Positions 40,179 through 55,731 of a stretch of DNA of 64,000 nt are shown piece by piece. The position numbers were made by a program, and so were the translations under genes. The DNA comes from Octopus vulgaris (Eukaryota). A model generated the notes under the pieces. The model was given only the letters and a program-made list of their open reading frames with translations, searched no databases and was not told the origin of the DNA. How positions within the stretch are numbered: the first letter of the stretch is position 1; every line of letters starts with the position of its first letter. Location: positions 46,872,001 through 46,936,000 of the forward strand of contig OX597815.1 of NCBI GenBank assembly GCA_951406725.2, written 5' to 3'.

Positions 40179-40945
40179 GAGGAGGGGAAGGGGGGAAAGG
40201 GGAGCATAATCTCAGCTGTCGGTGGTTGCAGTTGCGATACGTATGAATTAATAAACCCGATGGTGGTCTTGGCAAAGCTAATGATGACGACGATGACAAC
40301 GATGATGATGATGATGACGATGTGGGTGAATAACGATGGTAATAATGTCGCTGAAGATGATAATGATGATTATGATGATGATGGGAAGGATGGTGAGGAT
40401 GACGACGTAAATTGCGATGACGATAGAGGCGAAAATTGTGATTATACTGATAATTACAATGCTGCAAGTAATAATGTTGATGAGTTTGACAGTAAAATAT
40501 GACGATAATAGCAACAATAACATTGACAGCATTCTCTCAATGTGACTGCCTTCATTCTAGAAATAGCTACCTTCATGCTAGAAATAGCTACCGAGACTAA
40601 CTGAAAGGAAAATCTTATTTATTGTCTTGTATAAAGAAATATACATTTAAAAATGCAGTGCCAAATGTACGAAAAGGGGAATTAATGGGCAGAGTGCCTT
40701 TCATAATTAGATCATGGTTGATTTTGGTCTAAGCAACGAAAAGTAGTTTAGTCAAAAAGAATATGATGTCATCTCTGTCTGAGTATTCTGCTAAAGATGG
40801 AATTAGGCAAAAAAGGTATAATAAGTATGAAACATGCTCAGTGTTGCTACTGTTCTATCTCGTTCACCCCCATTTGTATGGCCCAAATTCATAATTTAAA
40901 TTATTTCAAATTTGTATCTCTCTATCACTCTCTGTCTGTCTCATT

Positions 40946-41031
<86 letters not shown>

Positions 41032-41042
41032 GATATACATAG

Positions 41043-41133
<91 letters not shown>

Positions 41134-41234
41134 GGAGTGGCTGTGTGGTAAGTAGCTTGCTTACCAGCCACATGGTTCTGGGTTTTGCTTTCAATTTAGC
41201 ATTCTGCCTTATTATAATTTTTCCTCTCCTATAT

Positions 41235-41297
<63 letters not shown>

Positions 41298-41335
41298 TGC
41301 ATACATGCATCATACATACATACATACATACATAT

Positions 41336-41437
<102 letters not shown>

Positions 41438-41456
41438 GTAATTTTTCCGATGGCCG

Positions 41457-41517
41457 GATAACTAAAGAGATGGCGGCGTGGATTTCCACCCCGACATCTG
41501 AAACTCGGAGTTTTATC
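41457..41517 (+). ncRNA. Hammerhead motif with G5A core mutation (probably inactive)
   Basis: gataa CTAAAGA gatg..gtgga ttt ccac..catc t GAAA ctc g gag TT ttatc. Confidence 0.6.
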
Positions 41518-42123
41518 ATGGCTACCGAATAATTGTCACATATTACATTTACAGATAAATTCCTCCATTTTCATAATATCAAGGTCTCTTTCATTCTTTT
41601 GTTGTCCTACCATTTCTGTCAATATATATATATTGTATAATGAAAACAAGTGGAGAATAATTTTATTATGAAAAATATAAATATAACGATATGTTTTCAA
41701 AGAATAAATGTTTGTGTGCCAAAGTTCAACTGAGATGATACTGGTATACATATTCTAATTCTGAGTTCAGCGTATATGATTTATATTTACATTTGGGAAC
41801 AAGGAAAAATAAGGCGTCACATGCTGCTTCGAGTTTTTTTTTGTAGAGAAAAGGTTTTGGTAAATATCTTTTTGAGATTTGCGGCTAAAATAGTTTTTGT
41901 TCTTTGCAATATAGGAAAAAGAGTTATATTTAACTGACCTGGATCCAGTTTCACCGATTTCAGTGCTAAGTTTTAATGAAATTTTACCATAATTGTGTCA
42001 TTCCATATATCTGGGTTTAAAAACCCGTGCAAGAAGTTATGTCGAAAGTTATGTCCTGAAACACGAATCCACACATGCTCTGTGTATGTGCGTGTCCATG
42101 TGTATGTATGCACGCACACACAC

Positions 42124-42172
<49 letters not shown>

Positions 42173-42854
42173 TATACATGCATGCACCCACACAGCTTTG
42201 CTCCTACTTAGGCACATTTGAACTTAGCTCGGAATAAATTCACCAAAGGGACTGGACGAAAATTTACAAACAAATAAAAATTGGGGAAAGGCGATATAAG
42301 CCTCTGTTAGGGGAAAACACTGAAGGAAAGATTCGATGTGTCATATTTTACGAAATCTAAGAGTAGTGCTTTACACACACGCACATTTATCGCAGATATA
42401 TACACACACACACGAGCACACTTATACTCGGGCACACAAATATTGTTTCATCAATCTTCAAACATGAATGAGTATGAATGTGCTTGTCTCCCCTTTCTCT
42501 CTATCACTCACGTGTGTGTGTGTGTGTGTACGTATGAATGTATGCGTGTATTTGTATTATGAACATATAGATTTCATCGTTTAGCTAGTATGTCTGAAAA
42601 ATTACTTATCATTTTTCACATAATACATATGAAATTTATAGTACATTAGAAATAAGCAGGATTGTATAATATATGTATTTAGTTACCTACTTTATGCCTA
42701 AATATAAACAATCTGATTGCTTTTGGGTTGTGTTTTTCTTTTACAATCTAGACTAGCTTTTAAAATCTTTTGATGTTAGTAGAAAATACTCAGGAATTGG
42801 TAAATAGCTCCTGCTAAAAGAAGGATATTATTTGCTAATGTCTTATGAATTCTT

Positions 42855-43065
42855 TTTACTATAAGGCAGAATGCCTGAAATATTTTGTGGAAGATGCTAC
42901 TTTGTTACATCTACCCCAGCGCTCGACTGGTACTTCTCTTGTCAACCCCGAAAGGATGAAAGGAAATGTCGACCTCGGTGGAATTTGAACTCATAACGTA
43001 AAGACGGACAACATGCCGTTAAATATTTCCTTAACGCACTAACAATTCTGCCAGTTCGTCCCCTT
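42855..43065 (-). mobile_element. SINE family A
   Basis: Reverse complement of family A. Confidence 0.8.
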
Positions 43066-43099
43066 AACGACAGTCCTTTTTACCAAAGGAACAAGGTCT

Positions 43100-43580
43100 G
43101 AAGTTTTGTGGGAGAGGGTAGTTGATAACGTCGGTTCCAGTATGAAGTTTTGCGTTGTCTTGCTGCAGAAGAGCTCGCTTTCTGTTAACCAATGCGGGGT
43201 ACTTTTGCTGCACAATGACATCCACCCACTCCAGCTGTTCAGAGTACAGGTGGTGATCGGTGATTCAACCGTCCGGAATGAAGTTGTAGTGAATTATTCC
43301 TTCAAAATTCCACCTGACGCAGGGAATCATCTTGTGTTCGAAACGCTCATGTTTAGCGATAAGTTCTGGAAGTTGGTCCCTGCTTAACCATTGCTTATGT
43401 ACGTCAGGATTAGAGAAAATATCTCCCTCGGATTATTATTTGTTCCGATTCAAGGTTTACTGAAGGACCACTGTAAGTGTGCGAATTTGAGAGGGGCATA
43501 TGTTCAATAAAACCGTAATTAACTGATCCTCCTATATTTTCTTTTACGCAAAGCCAGGAACTTTTCAGCACCCCCTCCTA
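43100..43580 (-). mobile_element. Degenerate mariner fragment (different family)
   Basis: KMIPCVRWNFEGIIHY..KYPALVNRKRALLQQDNAKLHT; terminus GAGGGGGTGCTGAAAAGTTCCTGGC. Confidence 0.75.
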
Positions 43581-44569
43581 TATACTACCGCATATCCCAT
43601 ATACACACATATGAATATACACGTGTGTGTATGTGTGTGTGTGCGTGTGTGTGGTGTAAATCATTAGCTAAAAATGAGAGGATGAATGCGACTTCGGTTT
43701 CGACCCAAACGGAATACGGTGGTGGGTGAATTCGCACGGGTGAGTTTACGCAAGGTAATGGGAGCCACAGTTTGTAAAAGAGCTAGGGCAGGAAATTAGG
43801 AAATTGGTGAACCCGTATTACCGCGCAATCCGTTTTGCCTATACGTATTTCAAGAAGACATTTTTGAAACGCTTTTACGCAACATATGCCGTATGAATCT
43901 AAGCTGGTAGAATTGTTAAAAACGCGGGAAAATACTTTGCAGTATTTGTCCGACGACGTTCTAAGTTCAAATCTCACTGGGGCACACTTTGCTTTTCATA
44001 ATTTCCAGGGTCAATAAAATAATGTCGCGAGTATTGGAGGTCGATGAAATCGATTATTACTTCTCTCCACACCTCTCCCTCCAGCAAAAGCGACAAAGTA
44101 TTATTTATATTAGGCATTAGAGAAAAAAAAAAAAAAAAAGAGATCGTAACTAAAGAGGTTATTTACATATTAATATATTTATAAAAACCCATTATGGTTA
44201 AGAAATACGATATTAACAGAATGCATATTTTCAATTTCATATTAAAGAATTGCTCTTTCTTCCCCTCTTCTCCCCCCCCCCCTATTTTACTCTTAACTCC
44301 TGTTCTGTTTCTTTCTCTTGCAGTTCTCAGAACTGTATTTCTCAAAATTTTTACATACGCTCCTATACACATATACACATGCCCACGCAAATATGTGTCA
44401 GTACAAGGGCACAATATACTTACAAACATGCATGTGTGTGTTTATACACACACATACCTACAACTAGATATACGTATGCATGAGTTTGTGAGTGTAAGTG
44501 CATTTGTGCATGTGTATGTATGGACGTATGAATCCATATATGTGTATAAAAATATGTATATATATACAT

Positions 44570-44640
<71 letters not shown>

Positions 44641-44666
44641 TATCTTATATATCTATCTATCTATCA

Positions 44667-44774
<108 letters not shown>

Positions 44775-45372
44775 TTTAATACATATTAATACATATAATT
44801 ATATGTATATACAAGCGCATGCAAGAGTAAAGTGCATTTGTGCACATATCTTTATGTGTGTGTGTGTGGGTGTACATATATATATATATATATATATACA
44901 TACACACACACGCATATATATGCATATATATTTACAAATACACAGATACACGCAGACATATACACAGGTGCATATACATATATACACATGCACACACGTT
45001 ATTGTATCAGTGGCATTTCCTGCATCCGCACAAGGCATGTAGTGCATGCTTACACTATATAAGTGAATACAAATAACAAATCAGATTTTAATAAAAATCC
45101 TACATATTTTATGAGAGACAGCTGGAAATAGAGAGTAAATAGATACCCCAACCTCTCTCTCCCACTCTCTCTCTCTGTATATATGTATATACATACGCAC
45201 ATGCACACATTAATAATGCGCTGCCTTAAATAATGGGTGTTACCACCTTGTATGTGTATGTATGTATGTATGTATGTATGTATGTATGTATGTATGTATG
45301 TGTGTATGTATGTATGTATGTATGTATGTATATATATGTATGTATATATGTATGTATATATATATATGTATG

Positions 45373-45425
<53 letters not shown>

Positions 45426-45623
45426 CGGGGTAACACCCGTTACTTAAGGGAGTGCATTTTAATGTATATATACATGTATATATACATATATATACATATA
45501 TATATACATATACATATATAAACATATATATATATGTATACATATATATTCATATATACATATATATGTGTATATATACATATAAATGTACACATTCATA
45601 TATATACATATACAAATATATAA

Positions 45624-46022
<399 letters not shown>

Positions 46023-46114
46023 TGATGATGGTGATATGTATATGTATATGAATACATATATATATATATGTATACATATAAATATACATATACATACACA
46101 CACATATATATATG

Positions 46115-46182
<68 letters not shown>

Positions 46183-46206
46183 CATACACACACACATATA
46201 TATATG

Positions 46207-46294
<88 letters not shown>

Positions 46295-46321
46295 CATATA
46301 TACATACATACATACATACAT

Positions 46322-47270
46322 ATGGACAACCTCTGGAGAAATTCCTTAGACTCAGGCTATTTATCGAAATAGCTCTTATCCCAGTCTGTCATCCCGGTTT
46401 TCAAATAGGAAAACAGATGCTCGCGGTCAACTATCGCCCAATCTCACTCACCTCCCGTATCATTAATGCATTTGAAAGAGTGGTGAGATCATGGATGGAT
46501 AGCTGGCTTCATGGAGGACCACAATCTCCTAAATTCAAACCAGCATTGCTTTCGTTGCGGCAGGGACTAACACAATTCTTACATCATACATGATATCCTT
46601 AAAGCCTTGGAATCAGGTTCGAACTCTGATGTGATATATCTTGACTCCAGTAAAGTGTTCGACAGAGTCGGCCATAATTAAATTGATTCTGCTCTACATG
46701 CTGTGAGTCAATGTGCAGACAAAAACAAAATGCAACTAAACGATGGAAAATTTGAGCTAGTGCATTTCAGAAGAAGGACTATGCTAAAACAGCTATACTC
46801 TCTTCCGAGGAACGACTCGGAGCGTCTAAGAATATCAAATATGTAAGAGTAATTGTTGACAACTATTTCAGCTGGAGTGCCCACATCAACAATAAGGTCG
46901 ATATAGCTCGTAGGATAAGCTTCTGGATTCTAAGAACCTTCCGGTCAAGAGAACAAGGTGTTATCATTCCCCTTTTCTCCTCCTTTCTAAGGCCACATCT
47001 CGAATACTACTGCCCCCTGTGGTCTCCCCATACAAAACAAAACATTTCGAAAATTGAATCACTCCAGAGGTCATTCGCTAAAAGAATTAAGGGCATGATT
47101 GGTCTCGATTATTGGGACCGTCTTTAAGCATTGAAACTCTATTCTCTCCAGCGTCGCTGTGAGCGATACATCATTTACACGATGTGGAGAATATACCACC
47201 AGCATTACCACCAACATTAGCTTCAAAATTCATCCAAGGCTAGGACTACGGGCCATACGTCCCCTACCCA
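46322..47270 (+). mobile_element. CR1-group LINE RT pseudogene fragment
   Basis: [15 protein letters not shown]; DVIYLDSSKVFDRV; MQLNDGK; LRPHLEYYCPLWSPH..IESLQR..YSLQRR. Confidence 0.9.
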
Positions 47271-47298
47271 ATGTACATATACATACATATGTATCTAT

Positions 47299-47333
<35 letters not shown>

Positions 47334-47632
47334 TGCGTTATTTTTATATGTTTATATACACATATTCTTTTATTCATTCCTTTCAGATATTGGACTGCGG
47401 TCATACTGGAGCATTTTGTGGAGGTTTTAGACGAACCAGTTGCCACAGTACCTATGGTAAGTTTCCGAATTATTCTATGGATTTCTTCTGGTGAACTGCC
47501 AAGTTATGAGGACGTAAACTAGACAATACCGGTTGCTTAGTGGTGAGATAGAAACTCTGACACGGACACGCATCTACGCACACAAATACATATATAAATA
47601 TATTATGTGTCTATGCATATACTGTTTGAATG

Positions 47633-48016
47633 TGGAGACGCAATGGCCCAGTGGTTATGGCAGCGGACTCGCGGTCGTAGGATCGCGGTTTCGATTCCCA
47701 GACCGGGCGTTGTGAGTGTTTATTGAGCGAAAACACCTAAAGCTCCACGAGGCTCCGGCAGGGATGGTGGTGATCCCTGCTGTACTCTTTCACCACAACT
47801 TTCTCTCACTCTTACTTCCTGTTTCTGTTGTACCTGTATTTCAAAGGGCCGGCCTTGTCATTCTCTGTGTCACGCTGAATATCCCCGAGAACTACGTTAA
47901 GGGTACACGTGTCTGTGGAGTGCTCAGCCACTTACACGTTAATTTCACGAGCAGGCTGTTCCGTTGATCGGATCAACCGGAACCCTCGTCGTCGTAACCG
48001 ACGGAGTGCTTCCATC
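47633..48016 (+). mobile_element. SINE with D head and family C tail, 15-bp TSD
   Basis: TSD TATACTGTTTGAATG at 47618-47632 and 48017-48031. Confidence 0.9.
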
Positions 48017-48036
48017 TATACTGTTTGAATGCGCCT

Positions 48037-48086
<50 letters not shown>

Positions 48087-48512
48087 AACGCACACACACA
48101 CACGCACAAGGGCTGGTGGTCCATAAACAACTTTGCTCGGATTGTGCCTGGGAAAGGAACTTTTTAGGTGCAGCCCCATGGTTATTCGTAACCGAAAGTG
48201 GTCTTTACTCTTTTATTTAATGCTTAAATCCCCCTTTCTATCTCCGACTCTCTACTTTTAGCCCCTTCTCACACGCGTGAACACTTAGTTGTATGGACAT
48301 ATGAATATGGATGTAAATATATCAGTATGGATTAATTGAGTGTATAAACATGTATATTTACGATAAGGATGATATCTGCTTTTGCGAATAGTTTAATCCA
48401 TACTAATCAAGTACTGTCGTCATTCCTCCGCTTCATCACCATCAATCATCATCATCATCAATTATCAGGTCCAACAGCCCTTCCAACACAATCCACTGTA
48501 ACGCTAAAACAT

Positions 48513-48553
<41 letters not shown>

Positions 48554-49188
48554 TATCATCATTATCGTCGTCTTCGTCGTCATCACTTTCACAACCACCA
48601 TCATCACCATTATCTCTGCTATCACCACCCAATATCCCCACCACTATTACAACTACCATGATGACGACAACGAAGACGACCACCATCACCATCGCACCAT
48701 CGTCAAAATCATCATCATCATCATCATCATCGTCGTCGTCGCCACCACCGCCACCGTTATTCTCACTTCCGAAGTGGGTTACAAGGAGAAAGGAACTAGA
48801 GTTGGAAAAAAAAAAGACTGAAAGAAAGAAAAAAGAAACAAAGAGAGAATAAGAGAGAGGGAGAATAAGTGAGTGAGAGAGAGAGAGAGAGAGAGAGTGA
48901 GAGAGAGAAAGAGTGAAATCAAGATAGACAGAGAGAAACCGTAGCTATGAAGTTAATACAAGCCTAATCCTTTTATCAAGACATCATGTCTCATATGTAA
49001 CAGCCAATTCATACATTCATAACATACATGTCTCTTTTGTAAAATATCTCATCTAACACCTAGTTCTGCCAGTCTTCTCCTGTTGTTGTTGTTGGTGGTG
49101 TAATTGTTTTAGTAATTTGTATTTTGTTGGTGGTGATTTTTACTTGTTTCTGTTTTTGCTTTTTTGTTTTGTTTTGTTTTGTTCTTCC

Positions 49189-49271
<83 letters not shown>

Positions 49272-49387
49272 TCCTTCCTCTCCTTTTTTTTCCTTCGTCT
49301 CTTGCGAGAGACATCGCGTATCCAGTTAATCCTCGAAGAGAATACGCAGACGGTTGCAAAAATATCTGAGATAACCGAAACGATACA

Positions 49388-49464
<77 letters not shown>

Positions 49465-49499
49465 CAACAGCAGCAGCGACAACAGCAACTGCAAGTCTT

Positions 49500-51010
49500 T
49501 TTACTATTGGCACAAAGCTTGAAAACTTGGGGGAAGGGATTAGTCGATTACATCGACCCCAGTTTTCAACTGGTACCTATTTTATCGATCCCAATAGGAT
49601 GAAAGACGTTGCCGAACTCGGCGGAATTTAAACTCAGAACGTAAAGACAAGAAAAGCGCTAAGCATTTTGCCCGGCTCCTAACGATTCTGACAATCCCCC
49701 GCTTTAACAACAACAGCAACAACAACAGAAGTGGAGGCGCAATGACCCAGTGGTTAGGGCAGCGGACTCGCGGTCGTAAGAACGCGGTTTCGATTCCCAG
49801 ACCGGGCATTGTGAGTGTTTATTAAGCAAAAACACGCAAGCTCCACGAGGCTCCGACGGAGTGGTGGTGGTGAACCCCGCTGTACTCTTTCACCACAACT
49901 TTCTCTCACTCTTTCTTCCTACTTCTGCCACAAAGCAGAGGAACTATGGTGTAATCCACTATGGTGTGGTAAACTTCCAGAACCTAGTCTCGATTGTGAA
50001 TCCTCTGTACCCCAGGATGGTTCAATTCTCCACCCGTTAAAAGCCACCGTTTACGGAATGAGGATAACAACGTAGCTTTCGCGCCCGTACAACCGCCAGT
50101 CTATCGCATGTGGTGGGCGGATCTTCAAGTTACCGCACGCATTCTTAGTAGCTTAGAGTAGGCTCGAATTAGAGATTATTTTTTGTGGCTAATGGCGTGA
50201 GTCCTGATTGGAAGAAGAAGAAAAATACAACAACAGCAACAACAACGATAAAGATAATAGTCCTTTCTACTGACGGCACACGGCTTAAAACTTTGGGTGA
50301 GGAGATTAGTCGATTACATCGACCCCAGTGTCTCGAAAGGACGAAAGTCAAAGTCAACTTCGGCGGAATTTGAATTCAGAATGTACGAAATACCGCTAAG
50401 CATTTTACCCGATGCGCTAACAATTCTGCCAGATCGACGCCTTAACAATGATAATAATAAGGGTTTCATACTTTGGCACAAGACCAATCATTTCGGGGAA
50501 GTGGGGCAAGTCGATTAAATCGACCCCTGTATATGATGCGTATTTATTTTATCGACGCTGAAAGGCAAAGTCAACCTCGGTGGGATATGATCTCAGAAAT
50601 ACCGCTTAGCATTTTGCCCGGCTTATTAACGATTCTGCCAGCTCATCAACTTTCTACTACAAGTACAAGGCTTAAAATTTTGGAGGATGGGATGCTAGTC
50701 GATTACATCGACCTCAGTGCTTGATTGACACAAGGCGGCGAGTTGGCAGAAACGTTAGCACGCCGAGCGAAATGCTTAGCGGTAGTTACTCTGCCTTTAC
50801 GTTCTGAGTTCAAATTCCGCCGAGGTCGACTTTGCCTTTCATCCTTTCGAAGTCGATAAATAAAGTATCAGTTGCGTACTGGGGTCGATCTAATCGACTA
50901 GCCCCCCCCCCCCCCCCGCCCAAATTTCGATCCTTGTGCCTAGAGTAGAAAAGTATATCATCGACCCTGAAAGGATGAAAGACAAAATCAATCTCGATTG
51001 AATTTGAACT
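49500..51010. mobile_element. SINE cluster (several SINE-A copies in both orientations; SINE-D at 49731)
   Basis: Repeated family A and D motifs. Confidence 0.85.
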
Positions 51011-51611
51011 AGAGAATGAGCTAAGTCAATTTCTACTACGACTCAATCCGGCAGTGAGCTCCTAAATCAAACCATTGAGCAAGAGATGCTCGCCAGCATG
51101 GTCTCACCACCCTCTGTAGAAGCTCACAAACTTGTCCTGATTAGTGCAAGCTACTATAAGCTACCTATTTCTGTGTAGGTTGCGTACCAACAGCATGATG
51201 GTGACGTCTTTATCGTATGCAAGTCACGTTCCCTTGTATCTTATATTCTAATTGCTTGCACTTTGGATGCGATATCAACCTTAATTACTTTTTGCTGAAT
51301 AATCACCCAATCTATTGTTCTCAAATGCTAATTCCTTACTAGACCAAATAAATTGTAATTTTCCTCTATAATAGCACCAACTAACTATTGTTTATGATTA
51401 CACCCACCCATACATGCTTAAATAGCTAGCTAACCCAATTCTTGTAAGCGTGCTATATCTGGACCGACGTGTTCAATTTCCAGGAATCGTGATATGTTAT
51501 CAAGACAAGAGTTTAGATAAGCCATAAAATCTTAGTTTAGATAAGCCATAAAATCACAGTAAGTTGTAGACATTGTAGATTGCTGCTATCCGGTAACTTG
51601 ATGCTTTAAAA

Positions 51612-51802
51612 TTTTTGGCGCAAAGCTAGCAATTTTGGGAGAAGGGTAAGTTGATTACATCGACACCAGTGCTCAGCTGGTACTTGTTTTATCGATCCCG
51701 AAAGGATGATCCTGCGGAATTTGAACTTTTGAACGTAAAGTTGGACGGAATTCCGCTATGCATTTTGCCCGCCATGCTAACGATTCTGGCAGCTCACCGC
51801 CT
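51612..51802 (-). mobile_element. SINE family A
   Basis: Reverse complement of family A. Confidence 0.8.
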
Positions 51803-52334
51803 AGTGATCATGTTAGCATATTCAAGCAATTCATTTGACACCTGTCAGTCATTTGGAAATTTCGGATCAGCTCTGAAGGGCATTTACATTCTTCTCTTTG
51901 TTTAAAACCTCCAAAGAATTCATACGTTTAGAATCCCATTCCATACACTGGGAAATTTTCTTGATGCCTGAAGAAATGTGGCCTTCCAGTTCCAGTTTCA
52001 TGGCCACAAGCCTCAATGAAGAGTCTTTGCTATTACACTGCCCTTGGGCGACAAATTTACAAAGTTCAGAAGGGACATCTATACTTTAAGATCCATACAA
52101 TTCTGTTATCTCCTTCAATTCATTTCACAAAATAAAGATTTAAAACCATGTAGTAATTTAGAATGAGCGAGAGTACGTGAGGCTCAAAGATGCTAGTCTC
52201 AAAATAGATATCATATGTAAATTTAGAATCAAATTAGCTTCCAAGCACCCTCAAGATCATGTCATTTGATGCTTGTTTTAGCTAAAAATACGATAAGAGG
52301 ACTTGCTTTACTGTTCGTATTAATTTTGAGTATG

Positions 52335-52710
52335 GGGACATTTTTGGCACAACCGTTTTGGCACCACTTATTTGGATATCGGTAATTCGACGCTGCCTAA
52401 TTTGATATTAAATATTTTAATGTGTCTCTCATTTTAATCTTTTCTCCCCACCTCACTCTCTGTTTAAGTTCATGAGGACACTTCTTTTTTATGTGTATAA
52501 GGATAGGAAAAATGTTTAAGTCAATTGTGTACAATTAATAAATTGAATATCTCTTACTCCCTTCTCTCTCTTTCTATCTATACGTGTACATTTCTGTTCA
52601 CGTGCTAGTGAGTACGTTTGCTCCAGTGCCAAAATGTACTTTCGCTAAAGCAGGCTGAATGTCCAATCAGATGTTCCAAATCATCTGCGCCCAAACTGCT
52701 GCACCAGATC
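52335..52710. repeat. Interspersed repeat with periodic TTTTGGC / GCCAAAA ends (second copy 56341-56685)
   Basis: Shared ATTCGACGCTG, TTTATGTGTATAAG and GTCAATTGTG..CAATTAATAAAT. Confidence 0.65.
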
Positions 52711-54214
52711 GTCTCATTCTGGTATTAGGTTGTATGATAAGTTTTGCTTAAGATTCCCCAATCGGCTCTTCCAGCATTTTGAGCGCCTCGGTTTTTATGA
52801 ATGGCTCCACATCCAGTAGAAATTTCCCCTCTTACTCTCAGTGATATCGTCACCATTTTTCAGGAATATCTCTATCGCATTCCATTTGTTTCTTCACTGT
52901 TTTAGAATGCTTGCAAATTAATAAAATATATCAATCCTTTGCTCCTGTAAACAGCAATAAACTTCAGAGGTGTTTGTTATGTGGGTCTTGTAGTTGCTGT
53001 TGCGTTTGTTGTTGGGTCATCGTTTATGTTTTACTTGCTGCTGTTGTTATTCATTGCTTACTGTTTGCTTATGTAGTTAATCCATCTATTGCTATTGGAT
53101 TTAGTTTGGTTGCATTTGCCTTTATAGTCGTCGTGGTTTGTGTTTTTTTATTGATATTTTGTAGTTGTTTTTGTTGTTTTTTGTCGGACAGATCCATCAC
53201 TTTTACATCCAAATTATCTGCAATTTGATTTAACAACCCCGGCTTACCAAACTTTCTGATCTTGAGCATCAGACGTTCAGCCATTTGTACACGACCTCCT
53301 ACTTTGTGAATCTACTTCGTAGATCCATCTTTATTTGTAACCAAGTAGTCTGAGGTAGGCCCGAGTGGTCTGAGCTTGACAAAATTGTCTCCATAGTAGT
53401 TTCATTATATTGTTTGAGAGGTTATTCTTGCGAGTCCTAAATGGGAGTTGCACAAGATTTTTTGCGGATATTTTTTTCTCGATTTGCTTTGTGTTTATAG
53501 ATGTTTTAGTCTGACAACGGCACTCTCATTGTCCTTCTTGATTTTGCTATTGTTGTTCTAGTATTAGAGCTGATAGCAAACATAACTTTAATTGTGATAG
53601 TTGTTTTAATAGAAGCAAGGGCCACAGAGAAGAAATTTATCAGACTACAAATTTTCGTTCAATATATGAAAGCATTTAATGAAATCCCAGGAAATTTTCG
53701 AGTCCCAGTGCAAAACAATCCCTGTATCCTCTTCTCATAAACTGTGAACAAGGGTGCAAGCGTTCTTAAACTGTGAATGGCCTTCTGTCTGCAACAACCT
53801 CTACCATGTTTTGAACTCATTCCAAATGTTACTGTTCAAGAATTCTTACAAGATTTTCAGGTGTAACCAAATCCGTGAATATCCAGATGAATCTCCGAGT
53901 TTGTGTGTAAATGTATGTAGATATTTATGACTACTTGTGTATGTGTATGTGTCTGTGTATGTGTGTTTGTTTCTATATAATAAACATAAATACATGTGCC
54001 TGTGTAGATATTTACAGAAAAAGACGCCTATATATGATTCGATAGATACGAGTATGGGTACGTGTTCGTGCATGTGTATCTATATGAGAGCACTTTTATG
54101 CTAATGCATATTTTTTTCTCACAAATATAACAAATGTGATTTAATTTATTCCGAATCATAACAAAATCATAATATCACACATGTACGGACTCAGAGGGAC
54201 ATATGGAAACAACG

Positions 54215-54245
<31 letters not shown>

Positions 54246-54303
54246 CACGCACACACACGTACATACATACATACATACATACATACATACATACATACAT
54301 ACA

Positions 54304-54334
<31 letters not shown>

Positions 54335-54671
54335 GTACATACACATATTTGTTGGAAGTATGGAAACAAAACAACGAAAAGATAAATATTATATCAACAG
54401 GAGTGCTGCAAGATTACCAAACTGATAAGGTTTCGAATCATTTATACAGATTCCAACTTCACCGAAGGGGAATTGTTGAAGGCAAAGACCTGGACAGTGT
54501 GTCTCCGCAGAAAACTACGGCGAAAAAGAGAGATTACGTTTTTGGTTTGGTCTGTACAAGTCCTTATCTGGAACATCCTTTCTTGCATGTATTATTTTCC
54601 TTTCTTTCTTCCTCTCCTTCTGTTTCTGTGTCTTTCCCTCACTCTCTCCCAATCTCTGCATATACATTCAA

Positions 54672-54725
<54 letters not shown>

Positions 54726-54932
54726 AACCTGCTATTTTAGAGCTATATTCCTGTACCTATTTCTCCCTCCGTATCTGCTTGTTCATCTATTTCTATCAGC
54801 TCCCTATCCAACTTCTCTCTCTCCCACTTTCTCTTTCACTCTCACTCTGTGTCTCCTTTTTTTACTCTTCAATTCTGCTACAATATTCTCACAAAATTTT
54901 GTTTAATATTTTCACCCCATTTTCGCAATTTT

Positions 54933-54972
<40 letters not shown>

Positions 54973-55317
54973 CTGCGCGCGCAAACACACGCGAATATCT
55001 ACCCACATCTTTCTCTTTGCATGTGTTACTTCATGTGTATGTATTAAGAATGTGTGTGATGCGATGTGGTATGCACAGGGCGAAGATGTTTATACGCCTG
55101 TGTATCGTTGTATTGATATATGCATACGTGTGTGTAAGAGCAGAAGATAGATAAATAGATAGATAGTGAGAGAGGGAGGACATGAGAGAGAAAGAGGGGG
55201 AGGAGTAGAGTGCGTGCGTGGAGTGTATGTGTATAAGAATGTACTCCGACCACATTAAACATACACCGTGTGAATAAACACTATATAATCATTCGAAAGC
55301 ATACACATTGTTCTGTT

Positions 55318-55525
55318 CTTCTCTATGCACAAGGTCCGACATTTTGGGTGAGGGGGCCAGTCGATTAGATCGACCCCAGTACGCAACTGGTACTTAATTT
55401 ATCGACCCGGAAAGATGAAAGACAAAGTCGACCTCGGCGGAATTTGAACTCAGAAAGTAGCGGCAGACGCAATACCGCTAAGCATTTCGCCCAGTGTACT
55501 AACGATTCTTCCAGGTCGCCGCCTT
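55318..55525 (-). mobile_element. SINE family A
   Basis: Reverse complement of family A. Confidence 0.87.
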
Positions 55526-55731
55526 GAAAACATACAAATTATTCAAAGAGAGCAGTTTTATCATCATGTCACAATAGTTAAAGCACAGGAAAAATACCTT
55601 GTGTTATTTAATTATGCTTTAAATTTTGAGTTCAAATCTTGTAACGGTCGACTTTATCCTACATAATATCCAATGATCTATTAAAAAGAAGTTCCAAATA
55701 CCTGAGATGGTATAATGAGCTATAAAGTTTT

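Noticed and set aside
51030-51240. AYDKDVTI resembling the RT motif YADD
   Set aside because: Too degenerate and short to support.
52740-53600. Minus-strand ORF fragments (MAERLMLKIRK..)
   Set aside because: Possibly a decayed retroelement, but no motif I can identify.
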